NCBI GenBank assembly: GCA_043228905.1
Contig: JBHGNT010000013.1
Coordinates: 12,276,001 to 12,340,000 of the forward strand
DNA: 64,000 nucleotides
Source: Azolla caroliniana
Taxonomy: Eukaryota > Plantae > Polypodiophyta
Reading direction: 5' to 3'
The position numbers and the translations under genes were made by a program. The notes beneath the pieces were generated by a model. That model made no database searches, was not told the DNA's origin, and saw only the letters and a list, made by a program, of their open reading frames with translations. Positions 63,550 to 64,000 of this stretch are shown here, piece after piece; position 1 is the first letter of the stretch; every line of letters starts with the position of its first letter.

Positions 63550-64000
63550 ATTCTCACTTGGGACAAGAGTTCCCTCTTGTTCCTTTCGTGATTTGCCGGC
63601 ACCGTTAGGAATTGGACGGATTTCCCTCCGTTTTGGCTCCGAATTCGCGCAAAAGCCGCACCACTATCGAGCACCTTCGTCTCCATCCGTGAAGCCGTGA
63701 TAAAGGGTTGGCCGAGGATGACAGAATGTGAAACCTCATCCTGCACAAAGAAATTTTGGTCAATTTCGACATCCCCGATCTTTACCGTCACATCCGGACA
63801 AGCCGCAAATAGGTCTTCTGTCGTTTTCGTGGCTGCCCGAATCTTCCATCCATGGTTGGTGTTTATAGGCCACTTCCCCTTTCGGTAGAACTCCTTGGAC
63901 ATCAAGTTGATCTCCGATCCGTGATCAATCAATGCTAGCACGGGTTCTTTGATGTTGCCGATTCGGACCGGAGTCTCCGTAGTCGCACGTGCCCAGTGTG
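63540..64000 (-). CDS. gag-pro: Element 3 Gag-protease C-terminal part (partial)
   Basis: HWARATTETP...LIDHGSEINLM...ILGQPF; ends GAT TTT TAA. Confidence 0.9.
   Translation of the reverse strand, partial: HWARATTETPVRIGNIKEPVLALIDHGSEINLMSKEFYRKGKWPINTNHGWKIRAATKTTEDLFAACPDVTVKIGDVEIDQNFFVQDEVSHSVILGQPFITASRMETKVLDSGAAFARIRSQNGGKSVQFLTVPANHERNKRELLSQVRMDF

Larger units (their letters stand above)
58805..64000 (-). mobile_element. Element 3: Ty3/Gypsy of the same lineage, 5' part beyond the window. Complex 3' LTR (58805-59610 plus duplicated 59860-59950)
   Basis: ACGG|TGTTGTG left junction inside the Copia RT; PPT GGAGGGGGCGAG|TGTCGTAG; intact pol. Confidence 0.92.

Overview
Eukaryotic plant nuclear DNA. 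The PPR style and TE families suggest a seed-free plant, probably a fern (inference). Four host genes are present: an intronless PLS-E PPR gene (-), URI/RMP prefoldin-like (+), a TBC/Rab-GAP (+) and the mitochondrial outer-membrane protein OM47 (+, 14 exons). They sit among deeply nested retroelements (LINE remnants, Copia, a chromovirus), a U6 pseudogene, a 1-kb foldback and a 150/165-bp satellite. The main signal is a Ty3/Gypsy lineage with TGTCG...CGACA LTRs, present as three coding elements plus solo LTRs and remnants. It has a tRNA-Trp primer site, 4-bp target duplications centred on CG, and DHG protease and FLDD RT motifs. Two diverged members carry a G_GAU_UUU slippery site plus an H-type pseudoknot, placing a -1 frameshift between protease and RT. 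One young member encodes only RT-RH-IN (no Gag or protease), and several LTRs carry tRNA-like A/B-box modules. All coordinates, splice sites and pairings were read by eye and no database search was run.
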